Assembly (NCBI GenBank): GCA_963664225.1
Contig: OY760937.1
Span: forward strand, 2,304,001 to 2,368,000
Length of the DNA stretch: 64,000 bases
Direction: 5' to 3'
From: Verrucomicrobiia bacterium
GTDB taxonomy: Bacteria > Verrucomicrobiota > Verrucomicrobiia > Limisphaerales > UBA1319
Notes under the pieces: model-generated
Database searches by the model: none
What the model saw: the letters and a program-made list of their open reading frames with translations, nothing else
What the model was told of the DNA's origin: nothing
Shown: positions 30,935-47,241 of the stretch, in pieces
Layout of the letters: each line of letters begins with the position of its first letter
Numbering within the stretch: the first letter of the stretch is position 1
Position numbers and translations under genes: made by a program

Positions 30935-32467
30935 TCAAGCCTGATGGCGGGCCTGGCGGCGGGAGGCGACCCCGGTTTTTTCCGCGCTTTTCGGATTTGG
31001 GACGGTGGTTTCCAGGTTGAACGTTCGCAGAAAAACAGGCATGTCGCTGCGTCCGCCCCGCTGATAATCCCTGAGCTGTGCAGGGGCGACGCTCTGCGGG
31101 TCCAAACCCTTAACCCGTGTGAGATATTCAAACACCCATTGGGCCAGACGCAGGAGGGCGATGCTGTGTCCCCGGCCCGCCTGATTGTAGAGCCACTCGG
31201 CAAATTCCATGAACGCGTGAAAGGCCGATGGCGCTCCCTGCCAAAGCATCGGGGCGGTTTCCACGAACTGACCGCTATTGGCCACGAGATCCCAGGCGCG
31301 GGCGAAGCGCCGAATCCGCTGCAGCGTGGCGAAGTCGAGCCGGTTGTTGCGGAGGATTTCGTAGGGCGGGTGCGGGTTGTAAACCATTTCCCATTCGGCG
31401 TCGTGGTTCGCAATGGGCGCGCCGTGCAAGCGTTTCAAGATGCCCACCTGGATTTCCTGGGGCTGCAACGCGAGCAACCGGTCGAAGCCCACCGCAAAAC
31501 TCTCCAGCGTTTCCCCCGGCAATCCCGCGATGAGGTCCGCATGGATATGGGCGTGGGTGTGCGCGCGCAGGTAACGGAGATTCGCCTCCGCCTGGGGCAG
31601 GTCCTGAAGGCGATGGATGCGCGCGGCGACTTCGGGATTGAAGGTCTGAATGCCCGCCTCCAATTGTATCGTGCCGCCGGGGAAGCGCGCAATCAACTGG
31701 CGCAGGGGTTCCGGGAGGCGGTCCGGCACGATCTCGAAATGCAGAAAGAGGCCGGGACGCATGCGTTCGAGAAAATATTCCAGAATGGCCTGGCTGATCG
31801 CGGGGTTGAGATTAAAGGTGCGATCCACGAACTTGAACTGCGTGGCGCCGCGTTCCAGCAGGCGGTCGAACTCCGCAAGAACGCGCTCCAACGGAAACGG
31901 ACGCACGGCGTCATCGAGCGAGGAGAGACAGAAATCGCAGGAGAACGGGCAACCGCGGGAGGCTTCCACGTAGAGGAGGCGCGAACGGATGTCCGAATCG
32001 CTGTAGAGCGTGTAAGGCAGCGTCAGCGAGGCGAGGTCGGGCAAAGGCGCGTGGATGATTTTTTCCACGGGCGGATGGCCATAGAGGCATTGCTGGCAAA
32101 CTTCAGCAAAGGCCAGATCGGCTTCGCCGGTGATGACGTAGTCGGCCCACCGGACTGCGGGATGCGATTCAGTTTCGTGGCTGACCTCCGGACCGCCGAG
32201 GATCAGAATAACGTCCGGGCGGATGCGTTTGAGCAAGGCGACCAACTCGGTGATCACCGGGGTGTTCCAGATATAGACGCCCAGGCCGATGATTTTCGGC
32301 GATTCGGCCAGCAACGCCTCGGCCATTTCCATGGGCCGCTGGGCGATGTCGAACTCGAGCATGCGGGCGCGGTCACTCAGGGGCCCGAGGTTGGCCATCA
32401 GGTAGCGCAGCCCCAGGGAGGCGTGAATGAATTTCGCGTTGAGCGTGCCTAATAGGATATCGGTCAT
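30935..32467 (-). CDS. B12-binding radical SAM protein (DUF4080-type)
   Basis: LNAKFIHASLGLRYL, GVYIWN, LGGPEVS, EASRGCPFSCDFC, FVDRTFN. Confidence 0.88.
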   Translation of the reverse strand: MTDILLGTLNAKFIHASLGLRYLMANLGPLSDRARMLEFDIAQRPMEMAEALLAESPKIIGLGVYIWNTPVITELVALLKRIRPDVILILGGPEVSHETESHPAVRWADYVITGEADLAFAEVCQQCLYGHPPVEKIIHAPLPDLASLTLPYTLYSDSDIRSRLLYVEASRGCPFSCDFCLSSLDDAVRPFPLERVLAEFDRLLERGATQFKFVDRTFNLNPAISQAILEYFLERMRPGLFLHFEIVPDRLPEPLRQLIARFPGGTIQLEAGIQTFNPEVAARIHRLQDLPQAEANLRYLRAHTHAHIHADLIAGLPGETLESFAVGFDRLLALQPQEIQVGILKRLHGAPIANHDAEWEMVYNPHPPYEILRNNRLDFATLQRIRRFARAWDLVANSGQFVETAPMLWQGAPSAFHAFMEFAEWLYNQAGRGHSIALLRLAQWVFEYLTRVKGLDPQSVAPAQLRDYQRGGRSDMPVFLRTFNLETTVPNPKSAEKTGVASRRQARHQA

Positions 32468-32620
32468 GGTCGGCGATGCGTTGCATGGAGTTTCAGCATA
32501 TTCCCAACGCTACGCAGCCCCCGGCAGGTTCGCCGCGGGCCGGGCGAGTGTCAATAGACGGTTGCAATTCCGGGGGTTGCAAGACTGGGTGGTGGTGGCG
32601 ATCTGGTCATTTTAATGGGA

Positions 32621-32648
32621 TTGACGCGGGGGGAGGGCTTGCTAGGAT
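32621..32648 (+). promoter_or_regulatory. Putative sigma-70 promoter of gap
   Basis: TTGACG-N16-TAGGAT with an extended -10 TG. Confidence 0.5.
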
Positions 32649-32672
32649 TCCATGCTCTGACATTTTAAATAA

Positions 32673-33746
<1,074 letters not shown>

Positions 33747-33783
33747 TTTCATTCGACTTCGGTCGAATGAGGCAATGTCAATT

Positions 33784-33820
33784 GGCGCCGACTGGAAACA
33801 GTCCGGCGCCTTTTTCTTTT
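33784..33820 (+). terminator. Intrinsic terminator after gap
   Basis: GGCGCCGACTG-GAAA-CAGTCCGGCGCC-TTTTTCTTTT; preceded by a C(UUCG)G hairpin at 33749-33770. Confidence 0.8.
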
Positions 33821-33948
33821 GCAGAAGATCCATCCTCGGGGCCGTACATGATTTGGCGGGAACACGCTCGACGCATGTTCCCGCCAAAAATTCACACGGG
33901 CCGGAATGGTATCCGGCTATTGACGGCCATTGGCCATTGCCAGGTCGA

Positions 33949-36627
33949 TTAGATGCCTGGCAGCGTGGGCGCCTGCGGCGCAGTGGGAGCATTAGGATCC
34001 ACGGGTGGCGTTCCAGGCGCCGCCGCCTCTTCCTCTCCCTCTTCAACAATGACCGGGGCGATGGCCTGCAATTGGTCGCCGGCGTCGAGGTCAATGAGTT
34101 TGACCCCCTGGGCATTGCGGCCGGTTTCGCGAATGTCTTTGACGGCGATGCGCACCATCTGGCCGCCGGTGGTGATGAGCATGATTTCATCCGCGTCGCG
34201 CACGGTAAGCGCGCCCACCACGCCGCCGGTGCGATCGGTGGTTTTCATGGTGATGATGCCTTTGCCGCCGCGGGTCTGGGCGCGGTATTCGCCGAAATCG
34301 GTGCGTTTGCCGAGGCCGTTCGCGCCCGCGACCAGGAGTGTGCCGTCCGGCACGATAATGGCGGCGGCAACGACTTCGTCCTTTTGATCCAGGGTGATTC
34401 CCTTGACTCCGAAGGCCTGGCGGCCCATGGAGCGGACGTCTTCCTCCGAGAAACGGATGCTCATGCCCTCGTGGGTGATGAGGACGACTTCGTTTTGTCC
34501 GCCGGTGAGCTTGACGCCGATCAGGCGGTCGCCCTCCTCGATGCCGATGGCGTTGATGCCGCCCTTGCGGACGTTGGCAAATTCGCCGAGCGCGGTTTTT
34601 TTGACGGTGCCCAGGCGGGTGGCAAAGAACAAAAAGTTGGGTTGCTCCCAGGTCTGGTCCTCGTTGTTGGGCCCCATGACGGCGTCGATGCGAATCAGGG
34701 CGGCCACACTCTCGCCCGCCTGCAATTCGAGCAGGTTGGCGATGTTGCGCCCCTTGGAGGCGCGGCCCATGTCCGGGACTTCGTGCACGCGCTCCACATA
34801 GACCCGCCCCGTGTTCGTAAAGAACATGAGGTAGTCATGCGTGCTGGCGGTAAAGAGGTGCTCGATGAAATCCGCGGTGTCGCCTTCGACCGGGGTGGAC
34901 TCGCGCGTGGCCATTCCGATCACACCCTTGCCGCCCCGATGCTGGGACCGGTATGAACTGACGTTTGTGCGCTTGATGAGGCCCTTGTGGGTCAGGGTGA
35001 TGATGACGCCCTCGTTGGCGATCAAATCCTCGATGGCGATTTCCCCCTCATCGGGTACGATATCGGTGCGGCGCGGGGTGGCGTGCTTTTCCTTGATGAG
35101 GTTGAGTTCGGCCTTGATGATGGCCATGACGCGCGCTTCGCGGGCGAGAATGTCGAGGAGATCCTTGATCTTCTCCACCAGTTCGCCGTATTCGCCCTTG
35201 ACCTTGTCGCGCTCCATGCCGGTCAACTGGTAGAGGCGCAACTCAAGGACGGCGTTGGTCTGGGCTTCGCTGAAGGCGTAACGCCCGTTGACCAGGCGGG
35301 CTTCGCTGCGAATCAGGACGCCGAGTTTTTCGACGGTCGCCCGCGAGAACTCGAAGGCCATGAGCTTGATGCGGGCTTCGTCACGATTGGCCGAGGTGCG
35401 GATGATGCGGATGAATTCGTCCAGGTTGGCCAGGGCGATGAGGTAACCCTCGAGAATCTCGGCGCGTTCCTCGGCCTTGCGCAATTCGAAGCGGGTGCGG
35501 CGCAGGATGACCTCGCGGCGATGCTCGATATAGCAGGTGATGATGTCCTTGAGATTGAGAACCTTGGGTTTGCCGTGGTCGATGGCCAGGGCATTGACGC
35601 TGAAACTGGCCTCCAACTGCGTGTGCATGTAGAGGTTGTTGATGACCACCTTGGCGATGGCATCGCGCTTGATTTCAACGACGACGCGCGTGTTCTCATC
35701 GGACTCATCGCGCACGGCGGTGATGTCGGTGATGATTTTCTCGTTGGCCAGTTCGGCAATTCTCTCCACGAGGACCGCGCGGTTCACGTTGTAGGGGATT
35801 TCCGTGATGACGATCTGCTCGCGCCCGCCTTTGATTTCCTCCACCCCCACACGGCCGCGGACTTTGACGCCGCCGCGGCCGGTGGTGAAATACTGGCGAA
35901 TGCCCTCGATGCCGCAGATGGTGCAACCTGTGGGGAAGTCAGGGCCCTTGATGAATTTCATCAAGGCGGGCACCGTGATGTCCGGATTGTCGATCTGGGC
36001 GCAAATCCCCTCGATGACCTCGCCCAAATTGTGCGGGGCCATGTTGGTGGCCATGCCGACGGCGATGCCGGTGCCGCCATTGACCAGAAGATTTGGAAAT
36101 GCGGCGGGGAACACGACGGGCTCGGTGAGACGCTCGTCGTAGTTGGGGACGAAATCGACGGTGTCCTTCTCCATGTCCAGCATGAGGGCGGAGCCCAGAT
36201 GCGTGAGACGGGCTTCCGTATAACGCATGGCGGCGGGGGGATCGCCTTCGACAGAACCGAAGTTACCCTGGGGATCGACCAGGGGCTCGCGCATCGCCCA
36301 TGGCTGGGCCATGTGGACCAGGGTGGGGTAAATGACCTGTTCGCCGTGAGGATGGTAATTACCGGAGGTGTCGCCGCTGATCTTGGCGCACTTCATGTGC
36401 TTGCGCCCGGGAAAAAGCGAAAGCTCGTGCATCGCGTAGAGGATGCGCCGCTGGGAGGGTTTCAAACCGTCCCGCACATCGGGCAGGGCCCGGGAGATGA
36501 TGACCGACATGGAGTAATCAAGAAAGGAATTCTTGATTTCGTCGGCGACGTTAATTTTTTCCACCTTCTCGTTGGCGGCGTAAAGCGGCGCTGCAGCGAG
36601 AGGGTTGGGCTCTTTATTATCGGCCAT
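33949..36627 (-). CDS. gyrA: DNA gyrase subunit A
   Basis: RALPDVRDGLKP, YHPHG, AAMRYTE, GyrA-box QHRGGKG, beta-pinwheel repeats. Confidence 0.97.
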   Translation of the reverse strand: MADNKEPNPLAAAPLYAANEKVEKINVADEIKNSFLDYSMSVIISRALPDVRDGLKPSQRRILYAMHELSLFPGRKHMKCAKISGDTSGNYHPHGEQVIYPTLVHMAQPWAMREPLVDPQGNFGSVEGDPPAAMRYTEARLTHLGSALMLDMEKDTVDFVPNYDERLTEPVVFPAAFPNLLVNGGTGIAVGMATNMAPHNLGEVIEGICAQIDNPDITVPALMKFIKGPDFPTGCTICGIEGIRQYFTTGRGGVKVRGRVGVEEIKGGREQIVITEIPYNVNRAVLVERIAELANEKIITDITAVRDESDENTRVVVEIKRDAIAKVVINNLYMHTQLEASFSVNALAIDHGKPKVLNLKDIITCYIEHRREVILRRTRFELRKAEERAEILEGYLIALANLDEFIRIIRTSANRDEARIKLMAFEFSRATVEKLGVLIRSEARLVNGRYAFSEAQTNAVLELRLYQLTGMERDKVKGEYGELVEKIKDLLDILAREARVMAIIKAELNLIKEKHATPRRTDIVPDEGEIAIEDLIANEGVIITLTHKGLIKRTNVSSYRSQHRGGKGVIGMATRESTPVEGDTADFIEHLFTASTHDYLMFFTNTGRVYVERVHEVPDMGRASKGRNIANLLELQAGESVAALIRIDAVMGPNNEDQTWEQPNFLFFATRLGTVKKTALGEFANVRKGGINAIGIEEGDRLIGVKLTGGQNEVVLITHEGMSIRFSEEDVRSMGRQAFGVKGITLDQKDEVVAAAIIVPDGTLLVAGANGLGKRTDFGEYRAQTRGGKGIITMKTTDRTGGVVGALTVRDADEIMLITTGGQMVRIAVKDIRETGRNAQGVKLIDLDAGDQLQAIAPVIVEEGEEEAAAPGTPPVDPNAPTAPQAPTLPGI

Positions 36628-36629
36628 AA

Positions 36630-39197
<2,568 letters not shown>

Positions 39198-39357
39198 TCA
39201 ACTGAGGAATCCTACGAAAAGTGCATTCCAAACACAATGACTTTCTCGCCCATCTCCGCGCTGACACCACAACAGGTTGTGGGTGATAATGCAACACACC
39301 AAACTAATGGTGGTCATGCCCTGTTGTCTGATGATATTTTGCGGAAAGCGCGGATTC

Positions 39358-39399
39358 TTGATCTCGATCAATGCATTCGCCGGTGCTTTGAGGTATTCT
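39358..39399 (+). promoter_or_regulatory. FNR/Crp-family box with class II promoter
   Basis: Perfect TTGAT-CTCG-ATCAA (39358-39371) and -10 TATTCT (39394-39399), consistent with a site centred near -41.5. Confidence 0.7.
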
Positions 39400-39422
39400 G
39401 GGCAACGAATTAACGAAGAGTC

Positions 39423-40289
39423 ATGAAGCGAAAAATCATCCGAATTGACGAAGAAAAGTGCGATGGCTGCGGGGCTTGCATTCCCAACTGCCCGGAGGGG
39501 GCCTTGAAGGTGATCGATGGCAAGGCGCGGCTGGTCGGTGAGATCATGTGCGATGGGCTGGGCGCGTGCGTGGGCCGCTGCCCGGTCGGCGCCATCACGA
39601 TTGAAGAGCGGGAGGCTGCGGAATATGACGAACGCCAGGTGATGGCGCATATTGCCAGGCAGGGACCGACGGCGGTGCAGGAACATCTGACACACCTCAA
39701 GGCGCATGGGGAACACGGCTTGCTGGCCCAGGCGCTGGCGTTTCTTAGGGAGACTCAACCGGCGATGCCGTCCGCCCAAAAAGCCACGCGGCCATTGGAT
39801 TTCGGCCTTTCGCAGATGGGCGGCTGCCCCGGTTCCCGCTCCATGAGTTTGGCCCCTGTGCCAGCGCTCGCAACCACCGCGCGCAAGGAATCCGGCACGC
39901 CGAGCGGTTCGGCGCTGCGTCACTGGCCGGTGCAGTTGCATCTGATTTCGCCCCGGGCCCCTCATTACCAAGGCTCGGATTTATTGCTGGCGGCGGATTG
40001 TGTGGCATATGCGATGGCCAATTTTCATGAGGAGTACCTGAGCGGGAAGACGCTGGCGATCGCGTGTCCCAAGCTGGACGAGGGACAGGAGGTTTACCGG
40101 GAGAAACTCACCGCGTTGGTGGATGACGCGCAAATCAAGTCCCTGACTGTGATCACGATGCAGGTGCCCTGCTGCTCAGGTCTGGTGCGGCTGGCTCAGA
40201 CGGCTGCGGCAACGGCACAACGAAAGATTCCTGTTAAATCGATTGTAATCAGCCTGCAAGGAGAAGTGTTGACCGAAAAACACTACTGA
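39423..40289 (+). CDS. 4Fe-4S dicluster-domain iron-sulfur protein
   Basis: CDGCGAC...CPEG, CDGLGAC...CP, GGCPGS, WPVQL, IACPKLD, VPCCSG. Confidence 0.88.
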   Translation: MKRKIIRIDEEKCDGCGACIPNCPEGALKVIDGKARLVGEIMCDGLGACVGRCPVGAITIEEREAAEYDERQVMAHIARQGPTAVQEHLTHLKAHGEHGLLAQALAFLRETQPAMPSAQKATRPLDFGLSQMGGCPGSRSMSLAPVPALATTARKESGTPSGSALRHWPVQLHLISPRAPHYQGSDLLLAADCVAYAMANFHEEYLSGKTLAIACPKLDEGQEVYREKLTALVDDAQIKSLTVITMQVPCCSGLVRLAQTAAATAQRKIPVKSIVISLQGEVLTEKHY

Positions 40290-40341
40290 GTCCCAGAGGG
40301 GGAACGGGGTTTGAATTCACTGATCTCCGCCCTCTGTCTTC

Positions 40342-40752
40342 TTAACGTCTGTGGCGGCGTTTGACCTGCAACTGGGCCAGGGAACGGGCCATGGCGGCAT
40401 TGACGGAGGCGATTTCGTCCGGGGACAGTTTCTCGCGCAAGCGGGCTTCGGCGGCCTGCCGGGCTTCCTCGGCTTTTGCTTCGTCCACATCCTCAGCCTT
40501 GATCGCCATGTCGGTGAGAATGGCGACACGAATGTCGGTGATTTCGGCAAATCCTCCGCCAATCACCAGGCTGAATTCACGCGATCCCTGCCGGACAATG
40601 ACTTCGCCAGGCACCACCTCCGTCATCAAGGGCACGTGCTGGGGATAGATGCCCATCTCACCTTCCACTCCAGGCAGGGTGACCATGTCCACGTTCTCAG
40701 AGAAGGTCGTGGCCTCCGGGGTGATGATTTCCAGCTTCAGGGTGGCGTCCAT
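40342..40752 (-). CDS. atpC: ATP synthase F1 epsilon subunit
   Basis: LEIITPE...GEMGIYPQHVPL...GGFAEI. Confidence 0.95.
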   Translation of the reverse strand: MDATLKLEIITPEATTFSENVDMVTLPGVEGEMGIYPQHVPLMTEVVPGEVIVRQGSREFSLVIGGGFAEITDIRVAILTDMAIKAEDVDEAKAEEARQAAEARLREKLSPDEIASVNAAMARSLAQLQVKRRHRR

Positions 40753-40833
40753 AGGGGCTGTGCGCTTTATTGATTCAATGGGGATGACGCAGGCGGCACC
40801 GGGCGACCCGGTGACATGCCGCGCGCGCACCCG

Positions 40834-43157
<2,324 letters not shown>

Positions 43158-43265
43158 GCGGGATTATGGGTTTGAAAAAGCAAGCCCGTCCGGGGCGAAC
43201 CCGAATTTCCGGCCCTCTACCACTTCGGCCAGGCTCGATATGGCAAAACTCATTTTGAAAAAGGG

Positions 43266-43294
43266 ACATTACGCATCCCCACCCGATGAGTCAA
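43266..43294 (-). promoter_or_regulatory. Putative sigma-70 promoter for atpGDC
   Basis: Minus strand TTGACT-N17-TAATGT about 110 bp upstream of atpG. Confidence 0.55.
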
Positions 43295-43581
43295 GACGCA
43301 GGCGGGGCTTTTTTCTCGGTAACGGTGGCCGAAGAGGGGGAAGAGGAGCGGAGTGACTATAGCGTTAACGGGCTTGCGACCGGATTTGGAAAGCAGCGGA
43401 ATGGTGAAGGCCTGCACCGAAACAGGCATGCGCGGCTCATCGATAAACGGGTACATGACAGAATTCTTCGGCAACCGAAAAAGACCTTTAAAAGGGCATT
43501 TGAGTATATACGAAACAAATACAGCTAGAGTTTCGGGAATGGACGGGAGCCGATTGAGGGTCCGGCAAAAGTCAGATATGA

Positions 43582-45440
43582 CGCACTTTACCCCCTTAAA
43601 TTAGCCGCCAATCGGGCTTATCGCCTTTAAACGCAAGGGATTGAGGGGGAATGTAATAGTTCATATGTAGCCATACATATATCGATATTATATTTGACTA
43701 TAAAACGCACGTAACGTATTATGTGGCCATTATGAAGTCCGGCAAGCGTTTCCACCTCGAAATCCAAAGCCACAGGGCCAATCCCATCGGCCTGATCCGC
43801 TCTTCCTACCGCGACTCCGACACCCAAGCTGTCAAACACACCCAGCACGGGCGCATCACCGGCGTGTCCCTGGACCAGCTCAAGCTGATCCAGGCCGCCT
43901 TTCAGGGCAAGGTCGTCCCCAAGGAGGATCCCAACGCCTTCCAATGCACCGATTCCAGGGAATACGGGGCCAGCCATGCCGTTGTGGAAACGGCCCGCCA
44001 ATTGGGTTTGGACACCATTCTTTACTCCCGCAACGAGCCGTGGGTCCGGGATTGCCTGGCCATGATTGCTGGCCGGGTGGTTTATGCGGGCAGCAAACTG
44101 GCCCTGTCCCACCAGACCAAAAACAGCGCTCTGTGGGAGATCTGCGGGGTCACTGGCGAGGTGGATGTTGAAGACCACTGCTACCGGCCGATGGACCGGT
44201 TGCTGGAGCGCCAGGAGGCCATTCAAAAAGCCCTGGCCAAAAAACATCTGCGCAATGGCCATGTCGTGCTCTACGACATCACCAGCAGCTATTTTGAGGG
44301 GGCCTACGAGCAAAGCGACGTCGTGCTTTTCGGCTACAACCGGGACTGCAAGAGCGGACACGAGCAGGTGGTCCTGGGTTTGCTCTGCGACGAGCGGGGC
44401 TGTCCGGTGGGCATCGAACTCTTTGCGGGCAACACGCAGGATGCCCAGACGGTGATCGATAAAATCCAGGAGCTGCGCCGTGAATACGGTTTGAGCGAGG
44501 TGACCTTCGTGGGCGACCGGGGCATGATCACCCAGGCCAACGCGCAGAAGCTTGAAAAGGTCCAGGGCCTGCACACGCTCAGCGCGCTGACCCATCGGCA
44601 GATGTTCGAACTGCTGGAGCGCAAAGTCATCCAACTCGAATTGTTCGACGAAAAGAAGATCGCCGAGGTGACCGACCCGGACAAGCCCGGCCAGCGCTAT
44701 TGTCTCTGCCGCAATCCAGACACTCAGGCCCGGGAAACGGCCACCCGCCAACGGTTGCTCGAGCTCACCCGCCAGGGTATGGACAAGCTCGTCGAGCCCA
44801 AGAAAAAAAGGACCCCTGAGAAACTCGGTTCCCAGGTGGGGCGGCTGCTGGAAAAATACAAAATGGGTAAATTCATCCACTGGGAGGTTAAAGAGGGGCG
44901 GCTGGAATACCATTTGAAGCAGGAAGCCATCGGGCAGGAACAACTGCTGGACGGCTGTTACATTATTACCACCACCGTGACGGAAAGCCAGATGAAGACG
45001 GCCCAAGTGGTGGCCACCTACAAAAGCCTCACCTTTGTCGAGCAGGCCTTCCGCACCCTCAAGACCGTGGCCCTGGAGATTCGGCCGGTGTATCACAAAA
45101 AGGATGATCGCATCCGCAGCCATGTGTTTTTATGCATGCTCGCCTATTACGTTTACTGGCACATGAAGCAACGATTGCAGCCGCTCTTTGAAAAGGATGG
45201 CAAAGGAAAGAAACGTCAATGGACCATGGAAAATGTGATTGAGCATTTGCGCGGCATCCGCAAACAACAAGTCAGCGTGGGCGGCGTGCACTTTGAGCAA
45301 ATCTCTCAGCCCAACGAACAGCAGCAGGAAATCCTGAATCTGCTCGGAATCAAGCTGTAGCCATTTTGTTGAAATTCAAAATGAGCTCCACACCCTTGAT
45401 TCTATTGGAGATTTCTTGTTTTTAAGCGGGGTAAAGTGCG
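43582..45440 (+). mobile_element. IS1634-family insertion sequence
   Basis: TIRs CGCACTTTACCCCCTTAAA / TTTAAGCGGGGTAAAGTGCG; 6-bp TSD ATATGA (43576-43581, 45441-45446). Confidence 0.92.
43732..45360 (+). CDS. IS1634-family DDE transposase
   Basis: LYDITSSYFEG, FGYNRD, VGDRGM, QLELF, VEQAFRTLK, IRPVYH, HVFLCMLAY. Confidence 0.92.
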   Translation: MKSGKRFHLEIQSHRANPIGLIRSSYRDSDTQAVKHTQHGRITGVSLDQLKLIQAAFQGKVVPKEDPNAFQCTDSREYGASHAVVETARQLGLDTILYSRNEPWVRDCLAMIAGRVVYAGSKLALSHQTKNSALWEICGVTGEVDVEDHCYRPMDRLLERQEAIQKALAKKHLRNGHVVLYDITSSYFEGAYEQSDVVLFGYNRDCKSGHEQVVLGLLCDERGCPVGIELFAGNTQDAQTVIDKIQELRREYGLSEVTFVGDRGMITQANAQKLEKVQGLHTLSALTHRQMFELLERKVIQLELFDEKKIAEVTDPDKPGQRYCLCRNPDTQARETATRQRLLELTRQGMDKLVEPKKKRTPEKLGSQVGRLLEKYKMGKFIHWEVKEGRLEYHLKQEAIGQEQLLDGCYIITTTVTESQMKTAQVVATYKSLTFVEQAFRTLKTVALEIRPVYHKKDDRIRSHVFLCMLAYYVYWHMKQRLQPLFEKDGKGKKRQWTMENVIEHLRGIRKQQVSVGGVHFEQISQPNEQQQEILNLLGIKL

Positions 45441-46063
45441 ATATGAAAGGACGACCGCCCTCATCCCCACCTCCCCCAGAAGGAGGAGTATTGGGAGGTT
45501 GGAGGGTTTGGGAGCTGCCGCCGCGTGGGGTTGGACGGGCGGCGCGCAGAGGACTGCACGCCCTACCATCCGGATGCAACCGGGACGAGGGGTGGACGGG
45601 CGAAGAAGTGGGGCGCGAAAAAAGCATCACGCGGGGGCGCGGAGAACGCGGAGAATCAGGGTGGATGGGACCCGAAAAGCCACCTCACCCCGTCCCTCAG
45701 AAGGAGGAGTATTGCGAGCCCTGGATTTTTTGATCGCTTTAGGAGCTGCCACCGCGCCGGACTTAATGCCCCACACCGCCGACTGGCGTTCTGGCTGGGT
45801 TCATACGGTTTAGGCTTTTAGCAGATTCCTGAATTTTGTCCTGCACCCTCGATAAACGGCTGAAAACATTGAAATTGGCTAATCGGGATATGGATGTTCC
45901 CGAAACAGAAATCGGGATCATCGCCCTGACTTACACCGGCGAACGGTTTCGTTAACTCGATTGACTTATAGGCATATTAAGGTTTTCCATAGTGGCGCGG
46001 AGCAAATTGCAGGCTCAACGAACGAACCGTTGGTTGCAAGATCCAGATTTGCCCCAAAAAAAC

Positions 46064-46690
46064 ATGCGCGCCGTGCTTGCAGGTCTGTTCACTTTCGGCG
46101 GACTCCTCGTCTGCGTCTCCCTCGTTTTTCACTACTTCCCAGATGGCTTCGGTCCGCCGTGGGTGATGGGGATATTTTTCGCATTCGTGCTTTTCGTTTT
46201 GGCGGGAGTCTCGCTGTTTCTCTTCAACAGGAAAGGCTACAGGCCCTCATTATCCGGGAAGTCCTTCGAGGAACAAGTGGCAGAACTTGAGAGCCAGGGA
46301 TTGCTGGTCTCTCAAACTTTCCAGGCGACGCGTGCCTTTCAAGTGGAGGAATTTGAGGATGAGGGATTGCACTACTTTATCGAGTTGTCCGATCAAGGCG
46401 TCCTCTATCTGAACGGCCAGTATCTCTACGACTACGAGCAAATCACGGATGACCCGGAACTGAATCAGCCTCGCACATTTCCCTGCTCGCAATTCACGGT
46501 GCGGAGGCACAAGACAACCGGCGATGTCGTTGATATTGCCTGCGCCGGAAATGTGCTGCCGCCTGAGTGCGAGGCTCCTCATTTCGACAAGGCCGACATG
46601 AAGCGCGGATTGATTCCTGAGGATGGTCAGATTTACAGGGATCAATCGTACGAACAGATCAAACGCGAACGTCTCAAAGAAAAAGTATGA
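46064..46690 (+). CDS. Hypothetical membrane protein
   Basis: Two N-terminal TM segments and an acidic soluble domain (VEEFEDEGLHYF). Confidence 0.7.
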   Translation: MRAVLAGLFTFGGLLVCVSLVFHYFPDGFGPPWVMGIFFAFVLFVLAGVSLFLFNRKGYRPSLSGKSFEEQVAELESQGLLVSQTFQATRAFQVEEFEDEGLHYFIELSDQGVLYLNGQYLYDYEQITDDPELNQPRTFPCSQFTVRRHKTTGDVVDIACAGNVLPPECEAPHFDKADMKRGLIPEDGQIYRDQSYEQIKRERLKEKV

Positions 46691-46896
46691 ACGAGGACCT
46701 GCCCGGTTCCGATGAGATCACCCGAAGCGATAGTTTTAATCGCAACGACACCCAGAGAATGGTTCGCACCATTGGCGCCTGAACGTGGGGGATGGACGTT
46801 CGCCCGGGACATTGCTCCAGGCAAAAGGGCTGTTGGCCGTATGCTCATTTCGATGCGACAAAACTCCGAAAAATCATTCATTATCCCCAATAACAT

Positions 46897-47043
46897 ATGC
46901 ATGTCGCGGTAACAGGGGCCTTCGGTTATTCAGGGCGCTACATTGCCCAGCGCCTGCTGGAGGCGGGGCACAGCGTGATGACGCTGACCAATTCCGTGCA
47001 GCGGCGTAATCCTTTTGGGGAGCAGGTGCGGGCGGTTCCCTTT
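46897..47043 (+). pseudogene. Truncated duplicate of the first 49 codons of the downstream epimerase gene
   Basis: 147 bp matching 48489-48635 with 3 mismatches, then unrelated AT-rich sequence. Confidence 0.88.
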
Positions 47044-47241
47044 GTCTCCGAATATTTTGACTCTAAAACAGCGGTCCTGCCAGAATCTGCCGGAGTAAAT
47101 TATGTAATCATTGACTCATATTCCTATTTTGAGTATTCATATTGTTACGCAGCGCAATTTGTAGGTCACAAAAGACGAACCAAAGTTTGAAGGAACAATG
47201 TTTAACCCGCTTGCACACCGGCACTATTCGTCCAAAGGCAT

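Larger units (their letters stand above)
43449..45848. mobile_element. Non-autonomous MITE-like element with Mutator-like ends, carrying a nested IS1634
   Basis: Ends GGGTACATGACAGAATTC / GAATTTTGTCCTGCACCC (imperfect IR); perfect 9-bp direct repeat TCGATAAAC at 43440-43448 and 45849-45857. Confidence 0.8.

Noticed and set aside
43627..45123. 498-aa minus-strand ORF
   Set aside because: Antisense to the IS1634 transposase with no recognisable motifs.
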